Below, one piece after another: positions 40,181 to 54,131 of a stretch of DNA of 64,000 nucleotides. The notes under the pieces were generated by a model. That model searched no databases. It saw only the letters and a program-made list of their open reading frames with translations, and was not told the origin of the DNA. A program made the translations under genes and the position numbers. Positions within the stretch are counted from its first letter, which is position 1. Every line of letters begins with the position of its first letter. Source of the stretch: Chrysomallon squamiferum (Eukaryota > Animalia > Mollusca); contig CM022678.1 of assembly GCA_012295275.1 (NCBI GenBank), positions 9,672,001-9,736,000 on the forward strand, written 5' to 3'.

Positions 40181-43055
40181 GCTAATCGTGTTAAACAGGT
40201 TATGTCAACTATTATTTCATCAGAACAAAGCTGTTGTGTAAAAAGAAGAGATGTTGCTGATAATATTGTGTAGTGAGGGATGTTACAGATATTGCTGAGT
40301 TAAATAATACTGAAGGGTTTATTGTTGAAATGGATCAAGAAAAAGCTTTTGATAGAGTGTCACATAGTTTTATTTTAAAAGTTCTGAAAAAATTCAATTT
40401 CAGTGATAAATTTATAACATGGATTAAAAAACTCTGTAATGATCTAAAAAGTTGTGTCAAGATTAATGGACATTTAACACTTTTCTCTAATATTACAAGA
40501 GGTGTTAGACAAGGATGTCCAATACCAATGATGCTTTATCTTATTGTAGCTGAACCCTTAAATAATTTAATTATAAGTAGACACAGCATGAATGGAATTA
40601 GAATAACAAATGAATTTAGTTGTTTATTATTTCAGCATGCAGATGATTCTACTGTAACAGTCTGTGATGTTCAGTCAGTAGAACCTGTTTTTAATACAGT
40701 AAATATGTAACAGTCTGTGATGCTCAGTCAGTAGAACCTGTTTTTAATACAGTAAATGTGTAACAGTCTGTGATGCTCAGTCAGTAGAACCTGTTTTTAA
40801 TACAGAAAATGTGTAACAGTCTGTGATGCTCAGTCAGTAGAACCTGTTTTTAATACAGAAAAATGTAACAGTCTGTGATGCTCAGTCAGTAGAACCTGTT
40901 TTTAATACAGAAAATGTGTAAAAGTCAATATAGGTAAGTCAGAAGTACTTTGTCTTGGTAAGACTATAAAAATACTTATCATTTAACATTCTGATATCAG
41001 TGAATAAAGACTGTGTTAAAATTCTAGGTATATATTTAGAACCAAACAAGTCATTATGTGAAAGGTTAAACTGGAAAAATAAATTTGATAAAATTTGTAA
41101 TTTAATTAATTTATGGAGTCAAATGAAACTTACTTTACAAGGAAAAGCAGAAGTATGGAATACTTTATTAACATCTAGACTGTGATCTATGATTAGCACA
41201 ATAAATGTAACAAACTGGGAAGAAAATGAAATTCACAAGTTATTTTGTAAATTTTTTGTAATGGAAAAACACCTTTAATAAAGTATTCAACAATAATTGA
41301 AAATAAAAAGTCAGGAGAGCTAAATGTTCAAGATGTTTCATTAAAGAAAATGGCTTTTTGTATTAAAATCTTAAAGAAATATTTTGATAATAATTTTTAA
41401 ATTGTATGGAAATATACAATCTGAATATTTCTTGGAAAATACATGAATATGAATTTAAATTGACATTTTTAAGATAGTTTACAGTAAAGATGCTTTAAAA
41501 GTTCTCAACCCTTTTGATGCTGAAATGTTATCAGCTTGGGACTGTGTTAATAACAAAGAACATATTTTCCCTTTTGATACAGATAAAATATTGTCTCAAC
41601 CACTTTTACAGAACCCATTCATTAAATATATAAATAAATTATTACTGTTTAGTTCTTGTATTCAAAGTGGCTGATATTGCATATGAAGTAACATCAGGTG
41701 TCCTTCCTTATACATCTGTTGTTGAAGTTTTTCATGAAAAATATCTGGAATTACCCAAAACACAAATTTATATTGCTTACAGTGTTATTCTGAAATCACT
41801 TCCAGATGAATGGAAAAGTTGTATTGACAGAAATGCTAAAAGATTAACACCTAATAAAGATTTATTTCTCTTTCATAATAATGAAGTGATAAATGTCAGT
41901 ACATTTACAGTTAAAATATTTTATTCTATTTTACTTTCAAAAAATGTTAAAGCACCTACATGTGAAGAAAAATGGACTGAGCTTGGTTTTAATAAATTCT
42001 GGAGACCAGTTTGGAAATGGATACACTACAGTGTTAAATTTACTGAATTTACTGACTTAGATTTGAGAACAGCTCATCATGTAATATATACATATAGTAA
42101 ATTATGTAGACATGGAAAAATCTCATCTAGTGTATGTCCAGTGTATCTGAAGGATAATGAAGATGTGTGCCATTTATTTTTGTATTGTGAAGAATTGTCG
42201 GAACTAATATCTATCTTTCATGAAATATTTATTCAAATATTTAAGAAAACAGGGTTTTCATTAGATCAATTAAAATACTATTAATATTTGGATGTTATCT
42301 AAGAATTAGAAAATTGTTCAATAGAATTTTAAAGTATTATTCTATCAATTTACAGAATATCAGTGTTGAAGAGGCATGTGATAGATGAACTGAAAGGAAC
42401 AAACATTAATATAATACATTGTTTCAGACATTATTTTTATCAGGGCTTTGAAATTAGCATTGTTTTATTCCTTTTTAGCTTCTATTTGTACTAGAGGTAA
42501 TCAAAACCATTTCTTGTTTTGTGTTGAATACAGCATATACATATAGTAAATTATGTAGATATGGAAAAATCTCATCTAGTGTATGTCCAGTGTATCTGAA
42601 GGATAATGAAGATATGTGCCATTTATTTTTGTATTGTGAAGAATTGTCAGAACTAATATCTATCTTTCATGAAATATTTAAGAAAACAGGGTTTTCATTA
42701 GATCAATTAAAGAGACTGTTAATATTTGGATGTCATCTAACTGTTGAAAATTGTTCACTAGAATTTATAAGTATTATTCTATCAATTTACAGAATATCAG
42801 TGTCAAAGAGGCATCTGATAGATGAATTGAAAGGAACAAACATTAATATAATACATTTCTTCAGACATTATTTTTATCAGGGCTTTGAAAGTATTCTTAC
42901 TCAGTACTGTTTTCAAAACAAAGTTTCAGTTTTTATTAACAAATATATTAAGAATAATATTTTTCTAGAATTAAAAGATGAAATGCTTATTTTCAAATAT
43001 CCTTTAGCAGACTTGCTCTATCATAAAAATGGTAAAATTTTTTTTAATTAAAAAA
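40181..43055 (+). mobile_element. Tx1/L1-clade LINE ORF2 relic: RT core to C-terminal zinc knuckle, 3' part duplicated
   Basis: DQEKAFDRVSH, RGVRQGCP, QHADD, KILGIYL; CPV.LKDNEDVCHLFLYC occurs twice (~42135 and ~42585). Confidence 0.9.
40654..40918 (+). repeat. 53-bp tandem repeat x5 inside the LINE RT
   Basis: GTAACAGTCTGTGATGCTCAGTCAGTAGAACCTGTTTTTAATACAG.. begins two codons after HADD. Confidence 0.92.
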
Positions 43056-43883
43056 TACAATTAAAATCCAATGTGAAAGTTTCTTAGTAGACAAGCCTGT
43101 GTGTGCATGCCTATTTTTAATGTTGTTATTTATTGTTTAATGTTATTATTATTTACATCTGTTGATTATATCGGTAAAGAAAAAAAAAAGAGTATGTGGC
43201 AAAGGTTTGTTGGGTTACTGGATCAGTCATGAATGGAAGACTAAAAATGTTATTTCCCAATCTAAGATCATAGATATGTTAGTTTTTTTCTGTGGAAAGG
43301 ATGTATATGAAAAAAAGATTTTTAGTTTCTTGTCTAAAAAGGATGTCATTTCATGTTGCAGAAACATGTTTTCTTTTTCATTAGCTTTATTGTTATTTAC
43401 CTTTTAAGATACAAAGAACTAGTAAAAAACATGTGGAGTATGTTCTTATATCAAATATTTATTCTTTATTTCAGACTAGTTCTATTTCAGCACAATTTGT
43501 GTTTATCAATAATCAGGTTATAATAAAATATGTTTGAAAGATACTGATTTTTAAACAAACATTCATTTGTATCAGTAAATGGCATTGATATACACACAAC
43601 TCTAAATAATGTTACTAATAAAAAAGCTAAAAAAATAAATTATCTTTGTTTTTACTTTTTCAGACACATACCACAAAACAGACAAGTGTTGTTATCTAAA
43701 CATCAGAATGGGACAAATATACAGACAGCAGAACAGACAGAGATGTTTCTCAACAAACTGGTATGAAACACAGACATTAACTTACCTGTTTAAATATCAA
43801 CTTACATTCTTCTCACTTATGTATTGGTAACATATTCTCAGTACAAAGAATAAGAAAAGCAGATTAAGAAGTAATTGAGCAAG

Positions 43884-44062
43884 GAGAGTCCATAATAATA
43901 AGTAAAGTAATTGTAGTATACAAATAGCTTGATAACTTAACAAGGAGAGTCCATAATAATAAGTAAAGTAATTGTAGTATACAAATAGCTTGATAACTTA
44001 GTAAGGAGAGTCCATAATAATAAGTAAAGTAATTGTAGTATACAAATAGCTTGATAACTTAG
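43884..44062 (+). repeat. 61-bp tandem repeat x3 (x2 at 3602-3720)
   Basis: GAGAGTCCATAATAATAAGTAAAGTAATTGTAGTATACAAATAGCTTGATAACTTA.. Confidence 0.88.
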
Positions 44063-45667
44063 TATTCTTCCATATTTCCAGTAGCATTGTTTTATTTATT
44101 TTTTAGCTTATATTTATACTAGGAGTAATCAAAATTATTTCTTGTTTTGTTTTGAACTTGTCAGAAAACAGTTTACTTTATTTGTTTTTTGATGTGAAAG
44201 GTTAAAAAGAGATTTTGTTCTCCCTCAGTTTTTGGTATAATTTGATAATTCTAAGAAAGACTATATATAATGCATTTTGTAATTTATAATTTAATAATTT
44301 CAAAAAAAATTAAAAATCTTGTTAGAATATAACATTATTAGTGATTTTTTATAACCAGTATTATTCTGATAACTTGTTTGTTACTATCAGTGTATTTAAA
44401 AGTTACCAATCATTTTGAAAAAAATATTTTATGACAGTTGTATTTATATTTGCATTCATGTTTTCTCTTGATTTCAAGGTCTGCCCTCTGTTAATATATA
44501 TATTTTTTCTATTTTGTTATTTCCACAGAAGTGACATGGGTTTCACATCATCGAAAATGAAAAGCTGATCATGTGATTCGACTGACTAATCTTCTTGTGA
44601 GTTTTTGTTGAAAGCAGCCAGACCAAGACTTAAACTGCCACAAGCTTTACCACTTAGTCTCATCCACTCAGTCAGAATTTAAAATCTTTAAAAAATATTC
44701 AGGTAAATATGTCTGTAAATATGTCTTAGTCTTTCTGTCTGTTTCTCTTTCTGTCTGCCTCCCTATTTATTTACTTTATTTCTATCTCTCTCTGCTTTTC
44801 TGTTTGTCTGTGTGTATTTCTTTCCTTGAAAATGTTCAGATAAATATGTTTGTCTTTCTGAGAATCTGTCTACATACCTATGTCTCTACTTACTAAATAC
44901 TTTTCTGTTTGTCCTTCTGTATGTCAGTCTGTGTCTTTACATCATTTTTTATTTGTCCCTAATTAGCAAGTTTCTTTCTTTCTTTTCTTTATGTTTTTAA
45001 CATTGTAATATTTTTGAAGTATAATAAAGAAAGAAAATGTTTTATATAATCTATCTTTAAGTTCTCTTTTGATAATTCTGAACATAAATAGCTTAAGAAT
45101 CAGTTTTTTAAATAATTCTAAATTTATAGTTTTAATTTATAAAAATGATCGATAAACAAGTTTTAGTAGACAGTTGATTATTTTTATTTAATTTATTTTT
45201 GTTTATTTATAAATCTTTCTATCTATCTTCTGTCTATCTACCTAATGTATGTATAACTCTATCTACCATTTATTTATTTATTAATTTTCTTATTATTTTG
45301 AATTTATATAAAATATAACCATACTGAATTACATAATTTTGGATATTTACTTTCATTTTATCAATATTTTCATTATTTTATTTAATATTACAACCTACTG
45401 AATAATTTAGTATTCTATATTTTCATTAATTATTAACACCTTTATTTTTGTTTATTTACTTATTTTTTAACTTGGTTTTAAATTTATCAGGAAACAGTTT
45501 TGGAATCCAGGCTTTCCGAGCTGTGTGTTTGGCAATGTGTTCTAACACAACAGTGATCTTCCTTAGCCTCACCACCAACAAAACAGACACTGAGAGTGCT
45601 GTGAGTAATCTTAGTTATAACTGTTATAAAATGTTTTATAATGATAATAATAGTAGTGGTAGTAGTA

Positions 45668-45701
<34 letters not shown>

Positions 45702-46735
45702 CAATAGTAATGACAATAATAGTATTAGTAATAATAATAATAGTAGTAGTAATAAAAATAAATATAATAATAATAATAATAATAATAGTAATAAAACCAG
45801 TTTAAAGAATTCCATATTCATTATATAATGCTTATACTAATAATAAGAAATTATTTTTTATATTTGTATATGTTTAATTGTGAAACAAATCTTCTTTTCT
45901 TTTCTTGTTCTTCATCTTCTTCTTCACATCTTCTTCTTCTTATTATTATTAATATTATTATTGTCATTATTACTGTTCTTGTTGTTGTTATTATTATAAA
46001 TATTAATATTGTCACTGTTATTGTTATTGCTGTTATTTTTAGTAAGTAGTAATTAGTATATGTAATTGCCCAGTATTATCAGTTAGCTACTAATATTTCT
46101 ACTTCTGCTATTACCACTGTTACTACTGTTATTCTACTACTGATAAAATAGTTACTAACAGTGACTTTCAACACATTAAATCTATTAGCAATAATTATAT
46201 ATCTGTTTACCACTATGTCTGTTTCTGCTATTTCTACTGTAGCTACTTATATTACACATGTTAATTATATTATTTTTATACCATTATTACATCTACTACT
46301 TCTACTACTACTACTCTTACTACTATGGTGTCTACTTATTGTATCTACTTGTACTACACAACCTAAGCTATTTCTACCACAGTTATCACTATCACTGTTA
46401 CTGCTGCAATTATTACTATTACTACTACTAGTACTGTTACTACTAATACTACAACTACTACCACTGTTACTGTCACCACTAATACTACAACTATTACCCC
46501 TATTATTATACTATTTTTATTAATACTACAACTATTACTACTACTGGTACTATTACCGTTAATACTACAACTACAAATTCTGCTGCTGCTGTTATTACTA
46601 CTACCACTACCACTACTACAACTGCTGCTGCTACTACTACTATTACTAATAAAAAAAACACTACCACTGTTACTACTACCTATTGCTGGTATTACTACAA
46701 CTACTACCACTGCTGTTGATACTATTACTACTGTG

Positions 46736-49050
46736 AAAACTGACCTCGGCCTAGCCATGCTGTACAAGAATGACCCAGACCTGCAGACGTGGATCTGACG
46801 TACTGTGGCACTCCACTGCTTCTGACTGCTGGGTGCCTGGGTGTAAGACATGAATCTGACGTACTGTGGCACTCCACTGCTTCTGACTGCTGGGTGCCTG
46901 GTTGTAAGACATGAATCTGACATACTGTGGCACTCCACTGCTTCTGACTGCTGAGGTCCTGGTTGGAAGACATGAATCTGACGTACTGTGGCACTCCACT
47001 GCTTCTGACTGCTGAGTGCCTGGTTGTAAGCCATGAATCTGACGTACTGTGGCACTGCACTGCTTCTGACTGCTGAGGTCCTGGGTGTAAGACATGAATC
47101 TGACATACTGTGGCACTGCACTGCTTCTGACTGCTGAGGTCCTGGGTGTAAGACATGAATCTGACATACTGTGGCACTCCACTGCTTCTGACTGCTGAGG
47201 TCCAGGGTGCCTGGTTGTAAGACATGAATCTGACATACTGTGGCACTCCACTGCTTCTGACTGCTGAGGTCCTGGGTGTAAGACATGAATCTGACATACT
47301 GTGGCACTCCACTGCTTCTGACTGCTGAGTGCCTGGGTGTAAGACATGAATCTGACATACTGTGGCACTGCACTGCTTCTGACTGCTGAGTGCCAGGGTG
47401 CCTGGTTGGAAGCCATGAATCTGACATACTGTGGCACTCCACTGCTTCTGACTGCTGAGGTCCTGGGTGTAAGACATGAATCTGACGTACTGTGGCACTG
47501 CACTGCTTCTGACTGCTGAGGTCCTGGGTGTAAGACATGAATCTGACATACTGTGGCACTGCACTGCTTCTGACTGCTGAGTGCCAGGGTGCCTGGTTGT
47601 AAGACATGAATCTGACATACTGTGGCACTGCACTGCTTCTGACTGCTGAGGTCCAGGGTGCCTGGGTGTAAGACATGAATCTGACATACTGTGGCACTGC
47701 ACTGCTTCTGACTGCTGAGGTCCAGGGTGCCTGGGTGTAAGACATGAATCTGACATACTGTGGCACTGCACTGCTTCTGACTGCTGAGGTCCTGGGTGTA
47801 AGACATGAATCTGACATACTGTGGCACTGCACTGCTTCTGACTGCTGAGGTCCTGGGTGTAAGACATGAATCTGACATACTGTGGCACTGCACTGCTTCT
47901 GACTGCTGAGGTCCTGGGTGTAAGACATGAATCTGACATACTGTGGCACTGCACTGCTTCTGACTGCTGAGGTCCTGGGTGTAAGACATGAATCTGACAT
48001 ACTGTGGCACTGCACTGCTTCTGACTGCTGAGGTCCTGGGTGTAAGACATGAATCTGACATACTGTGGCACTCCACTGCTTCTGACTGCTGAGGTCCAGG
48101 GTGCCTGGTTGTAAGACATGAATCTGACATACTGTGGCACTGCACTGCTTCTGACTGCTGAGGTCCTGGGTGTAAGACATGAATCTGACATACTGTGGCA
48201 CTCCACTGCTTCTGACTGCTGAGTGCCTGGGTGTAAGACATGAATCTGACATACTGTGGCACTGCACTGCTTCTGACTGCTGAGTGCCAGGGTGCCTGGT
48301 TGGAAGCCATGAATCTGACATACTGTGGCACTCCACTGCTTCTGACTGCTGAGGTCCTGGGTGTAAGACATGAATCTGACGTACTGTGGCACTGCACTGC
48401 TTCTGACTGCTGAGGTCCAGGGTGCCTGGTTGTAAGACATGAATCTGACGTACTGTGGCACTGCACTGCTTCTGACTGCTGAGTGCCAGGGTGCCTGGTT
48501 GGAAGCCATGAATCTGACATACTGTGGCACTCCACTGCTTCTGACTGCTGAGTGCCAGGGTGCCTGGTTGGAAGCCATGAATCTGACATACTGTGGCACT
48601 GCACTGCTTCTGACTGCTGAGTGCCAGGGTGCCTGGTTGGAAGCCATGAATCTGTGTCCCAGTGTGCGAAGAGCAGTTGAGATGAACGATTACACGGTGA
48701 CAAACTGGGTTGACGATGACTCCCGCTTTCCTGTCCTCTTGTGGAACCACTTTGCCAGCACAGGACCCAGGACAAACAACAACTTGGAGGGGTTCCACTC
48801 AAGGCTCAACAGAGCTCTACCCCACCAGCACCCAACACCTACAAGTCTGTAGACCTCATCCAAGGAATCGAGAATGCAGAGCGGGCCAAAAGGATTCAGA
48901 TCCAGTTTGGAGGTGCAGCTCCACCCAGGAAGTGAGTGTACAGGGAATGTGACAACCGGCTAGGACGTCTCAAGAGACAGTTGCTGTCTGGAGTCAAGTC
49001 TCTCCAGTACCTTGACTCAGTTAGACACCTCGTGAAACTTGAACTTCGTA
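46736..49050 (+). mobile_element. MULE-type transposase relic (copy 2)
   Basis: Paralogue of 6612-7620 with an extra frameshift and stop after QHP. Confidence 0.75.
46793..48654 (+). repeat. Mixed 69/61-bp minisatellite, ~29 units
   Basis: Same unit as 6666-7225 plus 8-bp-deleted variants. Confidence 0.95.
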
Positions 49051-49087
49051 ACTCGGTTGATCATAGTGTATCTGAACACAGTGTCCC

Positions 49088-49750
49088 TGAATATAGTGCT
49101 TGAACTTTGAATAATACTGTCTCTGAATATAGTGCTTGAACATTGAATAATACTGTCTCTGAATATAGTGCTTGAACATTGAATAATACTGTCTCTGAAT
49201 ATAGTGCTTGAACATTGAATAATACTATCTCTGAATATAGTGCTTGAACTTTGAATAATACTGTCTCTGAATATAGTGCTTGAACATTGAATAATACTGT
49301 CTCTGAATATAGTGCTTTGACTTTGAATAATACTATCTCTGAATATAGTGCTTGAACTTTGAATAATACTATCTGAATATAGTGTTTGAACTTTGAATAA
49401 TACTATCTCTGAATATAGTGCTTGAACTTTGAATAATACTGTCTCTGAATATAGTGCTTGAACTTTGAATAATACTGTCTCTGAATATAGTGCTTGAACT
49501 TTGAATAATACTGTCTCTGAATATAGTGCTTGAAGTTTGAATAATACTGTCTCTGAATATAGTGCTTGAACTTTGAATAATACTGTCTCAGAATATAGTG
49601 CTTGAACTTTGAATAATACTGTCTCAGAATATAGTGCTTGAACTTTGAATAATACTGTCTCTGAATATAGTGCTTGAACTTTGAATAATACTGTCTCTGA
49701 ATAGAGTGCTTGAACTTTGAATAATACTATCTCTGAATATAGTGCTTGAA
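49088..49750 (+). repeat. 36-bp minisatellite, ~18 units (under 2 units at the paralogous 7655-7710)
   Basis: Unit CTCTGAATATAGTGCTTGAACTTTGAATAATACTGT. Confidence 0.95.
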
Positions 49751-50202
49751 TATTAAACATTCAACTTGTTTAGTGGCCTAGACCATTGTCTTATTTGATG
49801 GTATCATGAATGGGATTAGTGATTTATTAGTGATTTATTAGTGATTTATTTACGAGAAAATGAGATAGAACCGTTTTGTTTCTAGCACTTTATAGGCAAA
49901 ATGTTTTTGGTAAACAGGAATATTTGGATGTGTCGAGTAATTCTCTATGAAATGATTATTTCTCACACTGTGTCAGTCCAGCTCTTAAAGAAACACAACA
50001 CTGAAAACTCTCACGTTTTCTTCTTATTATTATTTTAATCATGTCATTTTATTAGCTTTTCTTTATCTGCCACTATTTCAGTTTTCATTCTCTTTCTGTT
50101 TCTATCTCTCAGATATTCTAGTATATATATACTGTCCACTCAGTAAAGAATTCACTTTCATTCATAAATTATTATAATATTCAGTGCTATAATGTAGGAG
50201 CA

Positions 50203-50282
<80 letters not shown>

Positions 50283-50876
50283 ATATATATATACAAGTGT
50301 ATTTCATTCTCTATCTTGATTTGACAAATTTCTCATTTTTATACTTTTTATTCTTTTTCTGTTTTCTTTTTCTGCTGATAGTTAAAATACAGTTGCCTAG
50401 TTCCTTATTACTGTTTCTCATTCATTTCAGATCATCCAGAATCCAAACCAGACACAGGTTCTCTACAGGAATTAAATCTGAACTGCAGTTGTTTAACCAA
50501 CCAGCTGTTGCAGTTTCTGGTAGAATGTTTCCTTGGAAAACTCCTTTCTTTGAAGGATGTGGACGTTGGAAATAATCCTGACCTATCTGTATCTGTCACT
50601 GATGATTTAGTTAAACTTACTTCAGGTAATTTTTTCTTAGTTTTATAAATGTTTATAATATTTAAATAATTATTCTATATGTTTTATGTAATCCTGATCT
50701 TTCTACATCTGTCATTGACAAGTTAGTTAAACTTATCTCATGCACTTAGAAGATAAACTAAACTTTTTATTTCTAAAATAATTGTATGTAGATGTTTTTC
50801 ATCTACTTAAATAATTGTTAATTATTAGGTATGTGTTATTAAATAGGTAAAAACTGCCTGTTTCCTTTCTGTCTTG

Positions 50877-50961
<85 letters not shown>

Positions 50962-52489
50962 ACATTATTTCTCTCAGTAAATTTTTCTTTTCATCTTTCT
51001 TCTCTGTATTTTCTTTCTCATTCATTCTTTGTCATTCTGTTCATGTATATGTTTGTGTCTGGCATCTGTCAGTGTATTTGTCATCTGCTGTTGGTATTTA
51101 GGGTTAGTTGTTTCTGAGTTTCTGTCTGTCTGTATATGTGTGATTATTTCTGCATTAAAAATATGAATGAATGTACAGACACAGACACAATACACACACA
51201 ATCACACACACATAACCAATAACTTCCTTAAAATATAAATTCAAACTTGGCTGAAACTGACTTTGACCCTGTCAGTCAAGCAATCAGAAATCCTGTGCAC
51301 ATGCTTAAGCCATCAGCCAATCGGATTACAGATGTTTAAATAACACAGTTTGTGGAGTCCATGTTTGAAACATAAGAAACATCCACAAAGTGTTCTTGAT
51401 TTATCTGATAATACGTTTTTAAATGTTATTTTAATTCTGGAGAGAAATCTGACAATATAGTCACCAGAAATATATATATTTTTTTATTATTCATTATTCT
51501 GTGTTTACTTTTTTTTTACTCTCTGGTTTTCTCATTTTTCATTTATAGATAGATAGATAGATAGATAAACACATGCCTCTCAATCTCTGCTTCTGCCTTT
51601 TACAATTAATATTGTAATTTTAGCTTTACATATATTTATATTCCTGAGAATGAGTGAGTGTGTGTGTATCAGCAATACTGATAACTGCAGCATGTAATGT
51701 GGTGGTGACAGTAGCAGCTATGATGTAATCAGCATCAGCAGTAGTAATAAATAAATAAATTAATAAACAAATAAATAAATAAATAAATAAATAAATAAAT
51801 AGCCTAAACCTAACCGTTAACCCTAACCCTAACACTAATCCTATCCCTAGCTCTAACCTAAGCTAATCTAATGGTAAAAATAAGAAAAAAAGAAGTAATA
51901 CTAAATAAAAAGGTTTATTATTGTTAATGCTGTTGTTGGGTTGTTTTCTTTCTGAATTATTTATGTAAATTTAATTAATTTTAAGGTCTCACTGTCAAGA
52001 AGTCAGGGGAGAAAGTTGAATCATCTTGTAGTTGTCTCCCTTCAGTTGCAGACAGCTTCCTGATTAAACTGACAGCACTTGGAGGACATCCTGGTAAACA
52101 GTTATATTTGTTTTTTATTTTTAACATTTATATGGTTCATATTTATTGAAATTTGTCATCTCATTTATTTATTTATTTATTTTGCTCTAGGAATGCTGGG
52201 TAATATGATGCACTGTCCAGCCATTCTGACAGATAAAGGAACAGTCAACTTCTGACACTGACACTAGGTGATGTCCTTGACATTGCAGCCGTTTTGAAAG
52301 TCATGGTGAGTGATTATATAGTGTGTAGTAGTGTAGTAATAACAGTTCACAGCTATCTGTCTGTCTTTCTGTGTATCTGTCTGTCTTTCTGTATATCTGT
52401 CTGTAATAACAAACATCACATTCTGCTTATTTATGAATATTTATATTTGGTTGTCTCTCCTACTTGAAGCTTCTCTGTGTTCATCTCCA

Positions 52490-52582
<93 letters not shown>

Positions 52583-53357
52583 GTTCTTGTTTTTTCTGGG
52601 GGGGTTCTTTATAATTCTTGATTGTTAATATATTAAAATCCTTTAGAATCCTGTTATTTAATTGTGAATTTGATTCACAAATGAGATTATTTTAGTAATC
52701 TTATTTTGTATTATTATGATACTGTACCTTTTAATTGTTAATATAATGTAATTTCCTATTATGATTATTATTTTCACATTTTTTTTATTATTGTTTTATA
52801 TATTTGTCTTATTACAATTATTATTAACATTACTATTGTTATTAGTCTTATTATAATGTATTTTTGTTATTATTACTACTACAACTGTTACAAATACTAC
52901 TGTTGTTTCTATTGCTGTTACAACTGCTACTCCTCTCCTGCTACTACTACTGTTACTAAAACTACTGCTACTACTACTACTACTACTACAACTGTTACAA
53001 ATACTACTGTTGTTTCTATTGCTGTTACAACTGCTACTCCTACTCCTACTCCTCTCCTGCTACTACTACTGTTACTAAAACTACTACTACTACCTCTACT
53101 ACTACTACTACTATTACCACTACTGCTATTACTACTGCTACTATTTCAGTTTGCCAGGATCCAGTTACTTGTTCAAACAGTGGAATAGCATGGATACTGA
53201 TGTCTGATTGTGTATCTGTAGACAAGGCTATAGATTACTTCAACAGAGGAGAGGTATTCCATTTAAATCATCAGTGTTTGACTAATTATATATAAATGTA
53301 ATTTGATTTACCTACTACTCCCAATCTGTCAGCTTCTCTCACTCTTTCTGTGTGTGT

Positions 53358-53395
<38 letters not shown>

Positions 53396-54093
53396 TACAT
53401 CTGCCTAATCTATTAACTATGTATCTGTTTACCAGTGTCTACAATAACCTGTCTTTCTGTCTGTCTGTCTCATTGTCTACATCATCAACCTACCTATCTA
53501 CCCAGTATCTACCAGTCTCTAAATAATGTTACTTAATAAATACATCTATGTATCTCTGTATTCTTGTGTTTTACATTTGTCTCTTTCAACTTTCTGTCTG
53601 TCTGTAAGTCTGTGACTTTATCTAACTTAGTCTGTTTGTCTATCTACACATCTACCTATGTGACCATCTATATGTATGTATGTCTAAACATGTAATCTGT
53701 ATATATCTGTTTCGGCAGTTTTGTCTGTAAATATTTCTCCCAACTGTAACACTGTTCTTTAACACTAACAATGATTATTATGAGTAATTAAAAAAATGTG
53801 TTTATTGTTATCTAGGCTGACCATTCATACAGTCAAGAATTAACATTAAAGTTGATGATGTTAAAAGTACAGAACTGCAGGTAAAAGTCAGGTATAGTGA
53901 TGATGTCATTGTCTTTTTATTTCTCTCTCACTATTTCTAATTTTCTCCTGGCCTCTCTGATTTTCTCTTTCACTTTCTTTCTTTCATTGTCTTTCCCTGT
54001 TCATAAAGTGTATTTGCATAATTATGATGCCTAGGATTAAACAAAGTGGTTGGTTTTTGCCTTGATGCTCATGGAAATGCTCACATATAACAA

Positions 54094-54131
<38 letters not shown>

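Noticed and set aside
46363-48802. 811/639/683-aa minus-strand ORFs
   Set aside because: Antisense read-through of the 69/61-bp array; 61-bp units cycle the frames, and the ancestral coding sense is the plus-strand MULE relic.
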